Assembly: GCA_029856365.1 (NCBI GenBank)
Contig: JAHQWW010000021.1
Span: 1 to 45,989, forward strand
Direction: 5' to 3'
Source of the DNA: Candidatus Hodarchaeota archaeon
GTDB taxonomy: Archaea; Asgardarchaeota; Heimdallarchaeia; Hodarchaeales; Hodarchaeaceae
Length of the DNA: 45,989 nucleotides
The notes beneath the pieces were generated by a model. That model did not search any database. It saw nothing but the letters and a program-made list of their open reading frames with translations, and had not been told where the DNA came from. The translations under genes were made by a program, and so were the position numbers. Positions within the stretch are counted from its first letter, which is position 1; each line of letters starts with the position of its first letter. Shown here one piece after another: positions 10,278-20,166 of the stretch.

Positions 10278-11282
10278 ATGAAAAGTAAATCAAAAAAACC
10301 TTTAACGATCACCGAGATCCAACAGATTATTGAAGCATCATTTGGCACTACTAAACTTGGGTTAGTCATGGAACTCACAGATGGGTGGTTTAATACTGCT
10401 TACTCAATCGAAATACCTGATCTTGGCCAAGAGGTCGTAATGAAAGTTGCACCTCCATCTGAAGTTAAAATATTAACATATGAAAAGAATATAATGAAAA
10501 CAGAAGTTCAGGTAAATAAAATTCTGAAAGAGAAAACAGATGTACCAGTACCAGAAATATTAAGCTATAATTTTAACCAAGATATAATAAATCGAGACTA
10601 TTTTATTATGGAAAAGTTAAAAGGTATTCCTTGGAATAAAATTAAAAGCAAACTTAGCCAAAAGCAGAATGATCATTTGAAATATAAAACGGGTGTTTAT
10701 GCAGCACAAATTAATTCAATAATTGGAAACTATTTTGGTTATTTCACTGATTTAAAGAAGTCTTACAATAAAAGCTGGAAAAATACATTTGTAAATATGA
10801 TTAAAAACGTTCTAGATGATGGAATTGAATTAAACGCTAAGATTCCCCAATCCCCCAAAGACATAATGAAGTTAATTGAGAACAATGCTACTGTTTTAGA
10901 AGATGTAAAAGTACCTCAGTTAGTTCACTGGGATTTATGGGAAGGAAATATCTTTATTATTAAACAGGAGCAAGAAAAGTGTTCTATTGAAGGAATAATT
11001 GATTGTGAACGAGCCCTCTGGGGTGATCCACTCATAGAATATGAATTTATGCATGCACCAAGTAATCAAGCTTTTCTTGAAGGTTTTGAAGCTGGAACTA
11101 AAGAAAAATTTGAATTTACGAATGATTTAGAGCAACGAAGGCAATTATATAATGTCTACCTCTTTCTGATAATAATTATTGAAGTAAATAGTAGAGGATA
11201 TTATGGAAATGAAGCTACGAAAATAATACAATGGGCAAATTTTGAGTTACAGAACAATATCTCTCATCTTGAGAAGAAGTAA
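10278..11282 (+). CDS. Aminoglycoside phosphotransferase (APH)/choline kinase-like phosphotransferase
   Basis: GWFN loop, VVMKVAP, LVHWDLWEGNI (Brenner motif) and GIIDCERALWGDP. ATG 10278 is preferred over TTG 10260. Confidence 0.88.
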   Translation: MKSKSKKPLTITEIQQIIEASFGTTKLGLVMELTDGWFNTAYSIEIPDLGQEVVMKVAPPSEVKILTYEKNIMKTEVQVNKILKEKTDVPVPEILSYNFNQDIINRDYFIMEKLKGIPWNKIKSKLSQKQNDHLKYKTGVYAAQINSIIGNYFGYFTDLKKSYNKSWKNTFVNMIKNVLDDGIELNAKIPQSPKDIMKLIENNATVLEDVKVPQLVHWDLWEGNIFIIKQEQEKCSIEGIIDCERALWGDPLIEYEFMHAPSNQAFLEGFEAGTKEKFEFTNDLEQRRQLYNVYLFLIIIIEVNSRGYYGNEATKIIQWANFELQNNISHLEKK

Positions 11283-11305
11283 ATCTTATTTTCTGTATCT
11301 CTTAT

Positions 11306-12391
11306 TTAAGCAGGAATTCCAGCCTGAAGAACGCTTAGAGTTGTATTATCTAGCCTTTCTTCTTTTGAATAGTTAGGATTGTCTTGATATTTTTCAGTAA
11401 AATCATAAATACCAAAATCCATGTTTTTATAACTCCAATAAGTATAAGAGATCTGATGTTTCTGAAAAATTGATATTACGTCAGTAAGCCAGTTCTTTCG
11501 GGTTTCTGGGTCCGCTTTTGCCACGCAGCCGAACTCTCCACATAAAATTGGGACATTATACTTCTCTTTAAAAGCTAAGACGGGAGTAATTGCCTTTTCA
11601 AGTTCTGATTTATTCCATTCTACATCCTGTCTCTCAAAAAATAAAGCAAATTGTGGGGAAACCTTGGCAACCTCCTCTTTTACGCTTTTTAAACCTTCAG
11701 GCCTTCCTGGATATTTTAAATACTTTCTATAAATATTATTATAAACAAAGGGAACCCATTCAGCCATCTGATGAGTGATTACATGTGGTTCATAAAAATG
11801 AAAGCTGTAAATAATTTTTTCATCATTAAATTTCCTCATACTCTTAAAAGTGGAGGCCTGTCCCCAAAGATTTGATTCCACGATGATATAATTTTTTAGA
11901 TCATTATTTCTGATTATTGGAATAGTTTCCTCCACTAACTTATACCAATCGGAGTCCTCTGAAGCTATTGGTTCATTCATAATATCATACATAATATTAT
12001 TTGTGGTTTGATATCTTTTAGAAAACATCTCCCAAATCTTTAGAAATCTTTCACGATTCTCTGAGTCTTTATCCCAAAGGTCATTGTTCTCGCTTTCTCT
12101 AACATCGAAAGTATGGCCTGGGGCTTTATGTAAATCTAAAATAAGAACAATATCTCTTTTCTGAGTCCATTTTACAACTTTATCAATTAGTTTTAATCTA
12201 TCTTCTAAATAGCGATATGGATTTTCATCTTTTTCAAAGAAAAAATAATCAACGGGTAGTCTAACAACATTAAATCCCCACTCTTTAATGATTTTTATAT
12301 CATTCACTGTTATAAATGTATTCAGATGTTCTTCACTGAATTCTTCCACTTGAGAAAAATAACCACCGATATTCACACCTTGCAAGTACAT
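11306..12391 (-). CDS. GH5 glycoside hydrolase, Clostridium CelC-like intracellular endoglucanase/lichenase
   Basis: GVNIGGYFSQ...EEH..TFIT..DI, VRLPVDY, LDLHKAPG, acid/base NEP, YSFHFYEP and nucleophile CGEFG. No signal peptide. Confidence 0.88.
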   Translation of the reverse strand: MYLQGVNIGGYFSQVEEFSEEHLNTFITVNDIKIIKEWGFNVVRLPVDYFFFEKDENPYRYLEDRLKLIDKVVKWTQKRDIVLILDLHKAPGHTFDVRESENNDLWDKDSENRERFLKIWEMFSKRYQTTNNIMYDIMNEPIASEDSDWYKLVEETIPIIRNNDLKNYIIVESNLWGQASTFKSMRKFNDEKIIYSFHFYEPHVITHQMAEWVPFVYNNIYRKYLKYPGRPEGLKSVKEEVAKVSPQFALFFERQDVEWNKSELEKAITPVLAFKEKYNVPILCGEFGCVAKADPETRKNWLTDVISIFQKHQISYTYWSYKNMDFGIYDFTEKYQDNPNYSKEERLDNTTLSVLQAGIPA

Positions 12392-12544
12392 GAAAATATC
12401 TCCTTATGTAGATATAACTCATTAGTCCTTCAAATTAAGTTTTTTATAAATTAAAATACTTGCTTAATACAATATTGTTTCTTCTTTGTAATATATTTTT
12501 TATTTCAGTTCATTTTGGAGATAAAAAATAAGGATATTACTAAT

Positions 12545-13964
12545 ATGCCGAATTCTATTCTATTTCCAAACGATTTTCTCTTCGGAGTTGCAACTAGCTC
12601 CTTTCAAGTTGAAGGAGCCTGGAATAAAGATGGGAAAGGAGAATCCATTTGGGATAAAATTTGCCATACACCTGGAATAATTGAAAATGGTGTTACGGGT
12701 AATGTTTCCTGTGACCATTATTCCCGTTATTCTGCTGATATCAAATTAATGAAAGAACTTGGCGTTAATGCTTACCGTTTTTCAATTTCATGGCCTCGTA
12801 TCTTCCCTACAGGAGAAAGCGAAACTAATTCCAAAGGTATAAAATTCTACGATCGTCTTATTGATGAGTTAATTATGAATGAGATTACTCCATTTGCTAC
12901 CCTTTATCACTGGGATTTACCTTTAAAGCTTTACACCGATCACGAAGGATGGCAGAGCGAAAAAGTTGTTGAGGCTTTTGTAGCATATGCTAATTATGTC
13001 TTTAAACAGTTTGGTGATCGTATTAAACATTGGATTACTTTCAATGAACTTCAAGTCTTTGTAGCTCATCATCCCAATACTGAGGAGTTTAAAAAAAACC
13101 TTTGGAATTGACAAAGGGGAATTAGAAAGGAGAAGTGATGCGATTGTAGAACTACAGAACGTGTATAAAGCCCATGCTCAGACAATCCAAGCTTATCGAG
13201 ATTTAGATTATTCAGATGGAGGAAAGATTGGAATAGTTATCAATCTTCTACCAGTTTATCCTATATCAGAACACCCAAGTGATCAATCGTTGGTTCACAT
13301 TGTCGATTCTGAAGCAAATAGGTTATATTTGGAGCCAGTACTATTGGGATCTTATCCTAGTGATTTAATTGAAAATTATGAGCAGATGTTTAAAATCTCA
13401 TTCCCAGAAGGTGATACAGCATTGTTAAAATCCGTGCTTCCATTGGATTTTCTTGGAATAAATTATTACACTAGGTTACGAATTGGTTTTAATAATCCAG
13501 AAGAGATAACTGATGACGCTTCATTTGTGAAAAAGCTCCAAGCTAGAGAGATTCAAGTTAATCCTCCTCAGGAAGGGATAGAATATTCTGAAATGAACTG
13601 GGAAATTTATCCTGATGGCCTGTATGATATTTTGAAGAGAGTGGACGAAGAATACAACCATCCTGAAATATACATAACAGAGAATGGCATGGCAGCCAAA
13701 GATGATAAAATAATTGATAATTTAGTGTACGATACCGATAGAGTGGATTATTTACAACAGCATTTTATACAAGCAAATAAAGCTATCAAGGCAGGAGTAA
13801 ATCTCAAAGGATTCTTTATTTGGAGTCTTTTGGACAACTTCGAGTGGTTTCATGGTTATAGTAAACGATTTGGTATAATTCGTGTGGATTTTAACACTCA
13901 AGAACGTATTTGGAAGAAAAGTGCCCATTGGTATCAGCAGGTAATCGAAAATAGAGGATTCTAA
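12545..13964 (+). pseudogene. GH1 beta-glucosidase split by a single +1 frameshift at an A8 run (13091-13098)
   Basis: 5' ORF has FLFGVATSSFQVEG, DHY, YRFSISWPR, TLYHWDLP and TFNE. 3' ORF has DFLGINYY, YITENG, WSLLDNFEW and RFGI. Removing one A joins them as ...EEFKKTFGIDKGELERRSDAIVELQNVYKAHA... Confidence 0.85.
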
Positions 13965-13986
13965 ATGATGAAATTTATTCATTTAG

Positions 13987-14643
13987 TTAACTCAACAGAT
14001 GTTTGGTATATCCTAGTGTAACCAACTTCTTGTAAGCCTCCCAAACGTCCTCTGGAATTTCTTGAAAAATCTGGAATCCTTTTCTTGGATAAATCCTGAT
14101 TCTTTGTAGGTCTCCAACAATAATGTTAATTACATCTTCTTTCACAATTTCATTGTTGGGATATCTTTCAAAATCAATAGGAGGAGATGTCAAAATTATT
14201 TTCTTTTCTGGCCAAAGCTTTTTGAAAGTTGCATATGCTCTTCTTTCCATATATGGTTTTTGAACAACAATTATCTTCTTGGGATCAACATTCTTACCCT
14301 GTAAGATCTTCTTAGTAAAGAGAATGTTTTCTCCTGTATTTGTAGCTTTATTCTCAATGATTATTCTGTCTTTAGGAATTCCCATCTTTACTGCTATTTT
14401 TGCAAACACCTCTGCTTCCGATTCATTCCAGTCGGTCTTCAACAAATCGCTTTTACTACGAATTCCTCCAGAAAAAATTACTATTGGAGCCCAACCTTCA
14501 AGGAATAATCTAGCTCCATATTCAGCAACTCGTAAATCATGGCTTCCAAGAACCAAAACACAATCAGCTTTCTCGAGCTTATGATTCATATGATGATAAT
14601 CCCAGATTATCTTTACTAATTGATCTACGTCTTCTGATTTCAT
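13987..14643 (-). CDS. YdcF/DUF218 (ElyC-like) family protein
   Basis: VLGS, IFSGG, SEAEVFA, IENKATNTGEN and VQKPYMERRA. Confidence 0.9.
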   Translation of the reverse strand: MKSEDVDQLVKIIWDYHHMNHKLEKADCVLVLGSHDLRVAEYGARLFLEGWAPIVIFSGGIRSKSDLLKTDWNESEAEVFAKIAVKMGIPKDRIIIENKATNTGENILFTKKILQGKNVDPKKIIVVQKPYMERRAYATFKKLWPEKKIILTSPPIDFERYPNNEIVKEDVINIIVGDLQRIRIYPRKGFQIFQEIPEDVWEAYKKLVTLGYTKHLLS

Positions 14644-14845
14644 AAAAAAAGCAATTATTTCAAATATCTTAAAGATATCTTATAATTAGATAAAAACCAG
14701 AGCCTTTTTCCCGAATAATACATTTCTAGCCTAAAGTTTCCACTCTTGATGGAGAAAAAAACAATGAGACAATAACTGATAACTAAACAGGATAGTTAAT
14801 TATAAATATTAAAACTTATGGAGATTTTTGTTTCTGTATACAAGT

Positions 14846-15376
14846 TCAAAGGCCATTCCTATTAATTATTTTATAGAGATTTCTTATCGTACAAATTTGA
14901 CCAAAATGGTACGCATCATGAAGAATCATCGTTGAAATAATTTGTTTTATTGACCATAAATCCCCCCAATTAGTAGAAACCATCTTTTCTAACTGTTCAT
15001 CAGCTATTTTTTGAAGACTGTCTACTAATCTTGTCTGAGTTTGTTCCAAAAAAGTAATACATTTTGGCCATTCGGGACTTTCGAGGTCTCGCCAGTTCAG
15101 GGTACCCTCCCTGAAGGCATATTCATCATACATCTGCTTGCATTGTGCTATGTGAACGACCTTATATTCGATAGTAGAGATAGGATCCAATGTTTGTGCT
15201 GATACCCAGTCATTCCCTTTCTCATTCCATTGTTTAATGATTTCTAATGTTCTAGAATGAGGAGTTAGCTTCCATTGTGCTTCTTCCTTCGGAATTTCAT
15301 TCAATGTTTGTACTAGTCCTTGAAAACCCCGTTCTAACTCCCATATCATCATTGGTACTATTTTTTGTTTATTCAT
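14846..15376 (-). CDS. DinB family protein
   Basis: TIEYKVVHIA and C-terminal HDAYHFGQI His motif. Confidence 0.82.
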   Translation of the reverse strand: MNKQKIVPMMIWELERGFQGLVQTLNEIPKEEAQWKLTPHSRTLEIIKQWNEKGNDWVSAQTLDPISTIEYKVVHIAQCKQMYDEYAFREGTLNWRDLESPEWPKCITFLEQTQTRLVDSLQKIADEQLEKMVSTNWGDLWSIKQIISTMILHDAYHFGQICTIRNLYKIINRNGL

Positions 15377-15569
15377 GATCTATAAACACTCACAAATTCC
15401 TTAGCTAATCATTAAAATTCTATATATGGTTTTATGTTGTTTAAGGAACATTAATATTCTGGTAGTTTAATAACAGATTCAGATCTGTTTGGTGTCGTAA
15501 GATAAAATTCTAGAAATATCCTACCTACAAGTACTTCATATACATTTTCTATAGCAAATGCTTATCTAG

Positions 15570-17234
15570 TTAATCCTCCCATTTTCCATTATTTATCCAT
15601 GTACAATTTTCTAGATTTACTTGAGGGACTCTATAGAAAGGATCTATTTGAACAAAAACTGGCCTTTGGGCAGATTCAAACCTTACAGTTTGTTCTCCCT
15701 TTTTTGTGAAAGTAACAGGCTTAATAAACATTTCACCTTCTAAAGAAGTTCGATAACCAACATCAGTTATCAATTCCAAATTCTTTTCTGATTTAATTTT
15801 GATTCTAATTTCAGTAGCAAATTTATCCCTAGTTTCTTCATAATCGACACTGGCAATAGAAAGATCGATTTTAGGAACTTGATTAATCCAAGGTTCTAAA
15901 TATTCTTTGACATTGATTGGAGTTTCTTTTTCTAAACAAGAAAAGAGTTCTTGATAGGTTACATTTTTATAACCATAATCTCTAAAAAATTGTCTTAAAC
16001 CAGTAAAAAAGGCATTATCTCCAATTTTTTGTCTTAATTGCTCCCACACTAGAGCACCATAATAATATATCAATACAAAACTATCTTTTTTTCCACCAAT
16101 CTTATCAATATTCAACAAAGATCTTTCAGTGTTGAAGCCCTCACCTTCAATATAACCGTTTATAAAAAACTTCCTTGTATGCGCACCTACATTCACATTG
16201 GAAATTTTTTCCATTGCCCATGTAACAATGAAATTCGCTCCTCCCTCAGCAAACCACTCAAAGAGATCACCAGAAAAATAAACATAGAATAAATTCCAAT
16301 TATGAAAAATCTCATGAGCACATATTCCAACCATATAGGATTCGTTCAAAAATTTGATATCGAAGTAGATAGCATTCCCCTTATTTTCTGAGCCTCCCAT
16401 AGTTGAATCAAATGCCCCCACTGTAGCAAACTTGTATGTCTTTGTTCCATTATCACCAAAGTATTCATAAAATAACTGTATAATATGAAAAAGAGAATTA
16501 AATAAATCTTTATCCAATGACAATCCAGGATAGATATAAAAATCAATACCCAAACCATTTCTGCTTTTACTAAATTTTTGATAAGGTGCGACGGAAAAAG
16601 CGGGGATATTAGGAGTTTTACTTCTATAATGGTCAATAATAAATCCATTTTCTTTTTTAGTAGATTTTAGTAAACCAGGGACACAAGAATAATTTCCTTC
16701 AGGATATTTAATTGTGAGATCAAAAGGTGCTGAAGGTTCTCCATAAAGTACACGCAAATAATGACCACTACAAGGCTCGACAGCATAACATATTAGTGGG
16801 TTAACAACAAAAGACCACATATACTTTGGTTCACTTTTTTTTATTTCTCCTGCGGACATTTGAAAGTTCATATGTATTATAAACGCTTGATTAGGTTTAA
16901 TGGATTCTTCCAAATATATTTTAATTAGCTGATATTTTATTCCCTCTAATCCTTCACAACGAATAAATTGGTCTTCAAATTGAGTAGTTATATATTTATG
17001 ATTAAGTGTTTTGTCAGTGGCAAAGTCCTTAATAATGATAGAGCTAATGACTAAATATTCGTACAAAATGGCTTCGATTTCGGCAATAGATTCATTTGAA
17101 TTGTTTTTAACTAAGATTTTTTGTTCTGATTTGAATAGTTTGTTCTCTAGATCTATTTCATAAAGTAGATCATATTTGAGGATTTGGAAAAGTCTCTCAT
17201 TCTCGAAAGTCTTGATTAAGTATTGAGCTTTCAT
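15570..17234 (-). CDS. M1-family (gluzincin) aminopeptidase-like metallopeptidase
   Basis: GGSEN (GxMEN variant), AHEIFHNW, downstream WFAEG, YYYGALV and C-terminal IDP. Confidence 0.85.
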   Translation of the reverse strand: MKAQYLIKTFENERLFQILKYDLLYEIDLENKLFKSEQKILVKNNSNESIAEIEAILYEYLVISSIIIKDFATDKTLNHKYITTQFEDQFIRCEGLEGIKYQLIKIYLEESIKPNQAFIIHMNFQMSAGEIKKSEPKYMWSFVVNPLICYAVEPCSGHYLRVLYGEPSAPFDLTIKYPEGNYSCVPGLLKSTKKENGFIIDHYRSKTPNIPAFSVAPYQKFSKSRNGLGIDFYIYPGLSLDKDLFNSLFHIIQLFYEYFGDNGTKTYKFATVGAFDSTMGGSENKGNAIYFDIKFLNESYMVGICAHEIFHNWNLFYVYFSGDLFEWFAEGGANFIVTWAMEKISNVNVGAHTRKFFINGYIEGEGFNTERSLLNIDKIGGKKDSFVLIYYYGALVWEQLRQKIGDNAFFTGLRQFFRDYGYKNVTYQELFSCLEKETPINVKEYLEPWINQVPKIDLSIASVDYEETRDKFATEIRIKIKSEKNLELITDVGYRTSLEGEMFIKPVTFTKKGEQTVRFESAQRPVFVQIDPFYRVPQVNLENCTWINNGKWED

Positions 17235-17445
17235 AATGTATCAAATATACATATTTTTGTAATTTTCTATTTAAAAGTATCTTTAGGGGCAAGTTATCTC
17301 TTTAGAATAGGGAATTGTTATTAATATTAATAGAATTTTAAAAAAATATTAAAATTAAAAAGCTCTTGGTTTTAGAAATTCAAATACACTACTTCTAAAT
17401 ATAAATGAACAAATCTACTTTGCTATTAAAGAAGGAAACATCATA

Positions 17446-18393
17446 ATGGATCCATTTTTCATATTTTTAGCCTTCATTGGAACTATCGTTATTTCGACAA
17501 GTTTTGTGTATAGTAAGTTAGTTCTCACTCAAATAAAAAATCCAATACATATGTTATTTCTTCAGATAGCAATAAACTATATTCTTTTACTAATTCTTTA
17601 CTTTCCAAGTTTTTTACTGTTTGGTTCGGAAATGAATGAAAATTTAACCATTAACAACATTTTTATTATATTCTGTTCTGCAATGGTTATTTTTACTGGA
17701 TTAGTTACTTTTTTTATTGGATTAAACGAAGGAAATGTCTCTACTGGAGGAGTTGTCGTTTCATCACGAGTGATATTTAGTGTTTTCTTAGCATGGTTGT
17801 TCTTGAATGAACGATTTCCTTTTAATTCTTATCTTTTCATTTTGGTTGTGTTTATAGGAGTGCTATTGGTATCATGGCAAAAAGAATTGAGATTAACGGA
17901 TGTTTTCCTTTTTAAATCCAGTGGCTCAGGGTGGTTCATGTTAGCTGTTATCTTTTTTTCAATAGGTAATGCATTTATTCGCCTACTTAGTAATCAGATT
18001 AATGTTCTCACTCAACTTGTATTCCGATTGACTTTTTTACTAATTGCGACTCTTGGATTCTATCCCATATTAAACAGAAAAATTGGAGATAAGAGACCTT
18101 TAAAGGACACTTTAAGAAAACCAAAACTGGTTTTACAGGCCATAATATATGTAATTCTTATAATGATTGCAGATATTGCAACTACTCTTGCTATAGGAGA
18201 ATCTTTAACTATTACTGAAGCTATTACTGCTTTAGAAGGTCTCTTCGTTTTCATATTCATGTTTCTCATTGCACAAAATAAGACTTTCCAGAATGCCCTT
18301 CAAGAACCCTTTGATAGAAAAACACTGACAGTAAGATTTTTGGGAGTTATAATAGCTACTATAGGGATAATTAGTTTTATTTATAGCCTATAA
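17446..18393 (+). CDS. EamA/DMT family transporter
   Basis: About 10 TM segments; LAWLFLNERF and G.LLV repeat signature. Confidence 0.82.
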   Translation: MDPFFIFLAFIGTIVISTSFVYSKLVLTQIKNPIHMLFLQIAINYILLLILYFPSFLLFGSEMNENLTINNIFIIFCSAMVIFTGLVTFFIGLNEGNVSTGGVVVSSRVIFSVFLAWLFLNERFPFNSYLFILVVFIGVLLVSWQKELRLTDVFLFKSSGSGWFMLAVIFFSIGNAFIRLLSNQINVLTQLVFRLTFLLIATLGFYPILNRKIGDKRPLKDTLRKPKLVLQAIIYVILIMIADIATTLAIGESLTITEAITALEGLFVFIFMFLIAQNKTFQNALQEPFDRKTLTVRFLGVIIATIGIISFIYSL

Positions 18394-18451
18394 AAGAAAA
18401 ATGAAATATTATCAAAGTATCTAAATCTACAAAGAAGAGGAATGATCAACA

Positions 18452-19318
18452 ATGAACGATTTTTTGTATTTAAAAGGTAAAATGAATGATTGGGGGCCAT
18501 TTGAACTGGCAAGTTCAAATACGTTAATTTTTTCGATAGGAAATCCTTGCGAAGGACATGGCCCTGCATTATCTCCTGATAATGACAGTCGCTGCGCTAA
18601 TTTCGTTGCTTATCATGTATCTGAACGATCTGGAGCCAAATTTGTTGCCCACATACCTTATACTACCGATCAAGTCGGAGATATCGCCTTAAATTGGAGT
18701 CCTGCTTTCATACCAATGGAAGATTGTGTGAATAAAAGCGTAGACTATATAGAATATCATTGTAAGATTCTCCAAGAACTAGGGATTAATTTTTCCAGGA
18801 TCCTCATTATTAACGGCCATGGTGGTAATTATGGCGTTGATAAATTCTCCATTTGGGGTGAGTTAAAAACTAAATTTAGATTATCTGATTTATTATTCGT
18901 AAACACCTACGAGGTGGATATAAATGAAGTTCTTCAATCACAAAATTATTCTATTGCAACTCAAGATGCCTATTTGACTGCAGTACAAACTGGAGGGCAT
19001 GCAGATACTATTGAACACTCAATTGCGACGTTATACGGTGGGATCGATTATGGGAAATTCTATCAAATGAATAATTTCATTAAAAGGGATATAGAAGCTG
19101 CTTTGAGAAAATGGCCAGTTTTAGGAGGATTAGGAGGGTACCTCAAGTTTGGTGGAGAACGTTATGACCCATTAAGACAAGTAGGATTAGAACGCTGTTT
19201 AAGCCAATTTGAAGAAGATGGTCAGATATTTTTATTTCCAGAATTAGCTCAGATAGTTATGGAACATTTAATAAAAAATATTTGTGACATGATTGAAGTG
19301 GAGGAGCTAGATTCCTGA
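18452..19318 (+). CDS. Creatininase-family amidohydrolase (ArfB/FAPy deformylase-like)
   Basis: EGHGPALSPDND, INGHGGN and GHADTIEHS metal-binding motifs. Confidence 0.75.
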   Translation: MNDFLYLKGKMNDWGPFELASSNTLIFSIGNPCEGHGPALSPDNDSRCANFVAYHVSERSGAKFVAHIPYTTDQVGDIALNWSPAFIPMEDCVNKSVDYIEYHCKILQELGINFSRILIINGHGGNYGVDKFSIWGELKTKFRLSDLLFVNTYEVDINEVLQSQNYSIATQDAYLTAVQTGGHADTIEHSIATLYGGIDYGKFYQMNNFIKRDIEAALRKWPVLGGLGGYLKFGGERYDPLRQVGLERCLSQFEEDGQIFLFPELAQIVMEHLIKNICDMIEVEELDS

Positions 19319-19434
19319 AAAATAAAGAACTATAAAATCGCGACCTCATTGGAATTTTTAACTAGATATAGAATATAGAGAATAAGACCTAATAAGAATT
19401 AATCGACAAAAAAAAGATCAGAGGGTGAACACCC

Positions 19435-20109
19435 ATTTTCTACTCGGAAAATAAACGCAAATTTGTAGCTTTTTCTCTTTTCTTCATCTTCTACTTAAGT
19501 TTGCATGCCCCTATATCATCATATGCCAAACGAAACTATTTAACTGAAAAATTTCCTCCTGTAGGAGACACTTACATCAGCTCCAGTGAACCTTTGATAA
19601 ATTATGGTAACCAAGAAAAGAACTACCTCTGGACTTCCCAATCTAAGGAATATAGGATACTCCTCGCTTTTAAGGTAAAAAACATTCCAGATGAAGCTAT
19701 CTTGAGTGATGTTCTGTTAACAATCAATTGGTTTTATCTCCCTTCGAGAATCGTTGTAAATCTATACCTAATAAGTTCGTTCAACGAATCCGAAGTTTTT
19801 TGGAAAAATTCACCACCTTTTAGTTCAAAAATCGGCTCATTTAATGTAACGGAAGAAGAAAGTGGGCCATCAAAGTGGAATATAACATCTGTTGTCAATA
19901 ACAATGGATATTATTACTTTGGTCTTTCTACTTCAACTTCTACTACTGTTCATGCTTCTATATGGGCGAAAGAAGGCACTTTTGGTTTTTCACCGAAAAT
20001 AGAAATTACTTACTATACTGAAGATACTGACATCCCTGGCTTCTTTCTTTTCATTACCCTACTAGCCATTATAACACTCATTGGATTAAGAAAGAAATTG
20101 AAAAAGTAA
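19435..20109 (+). CDS. Surface protein: signal peptide, DNRLRE (CBM96-like) domain and PGF-CTERM-like anchor; probable ATT start
   Basis: GDTYISS..P..NYG...RILL.F....IP..A is DNRLRE-like, and the C-terminus is IPGF + TM helix + RKKLKK. The frame stays open upstream of TTG 19501 and encodes KRKFVAFSLFFIFYLSL. GGTGA lies 6 nt before ATT 19435. Confidence 0.75.
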   Translation: MFYSENKRKFVAFSLFFIFYLSLHAPISSYAKRNYLTEKFPPVGDTYISSSEPLINYGNQEKNYLWTSQSKEYRILLAFKVKNIPDEAILSDVLLTINWFYLPSRIVVNLYLISSFNESEVFWKNSPPFSSKIGSFNVTEEESGPSKWNITSVVNNNGYYYFGLSTSTSTTVHASIWAKEGTFGFSPKIEITYYTEDTDIPGFFLFITLLAIITLIGLRKKLKK

Positions 20110-20166
20110 GCAACTCAAATGCTACAGTTGAAATTAAAATCGGTTAATAAGTTCTGTGAATTAAAA

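Noticed and set aside
13091-13099. A_AAA_AAC as a classical -1 ribosomal frameshift heptamer
   Set aside because: The downstream GH1 half is in the +1 frame, so a -1 shift would not restore the protein.
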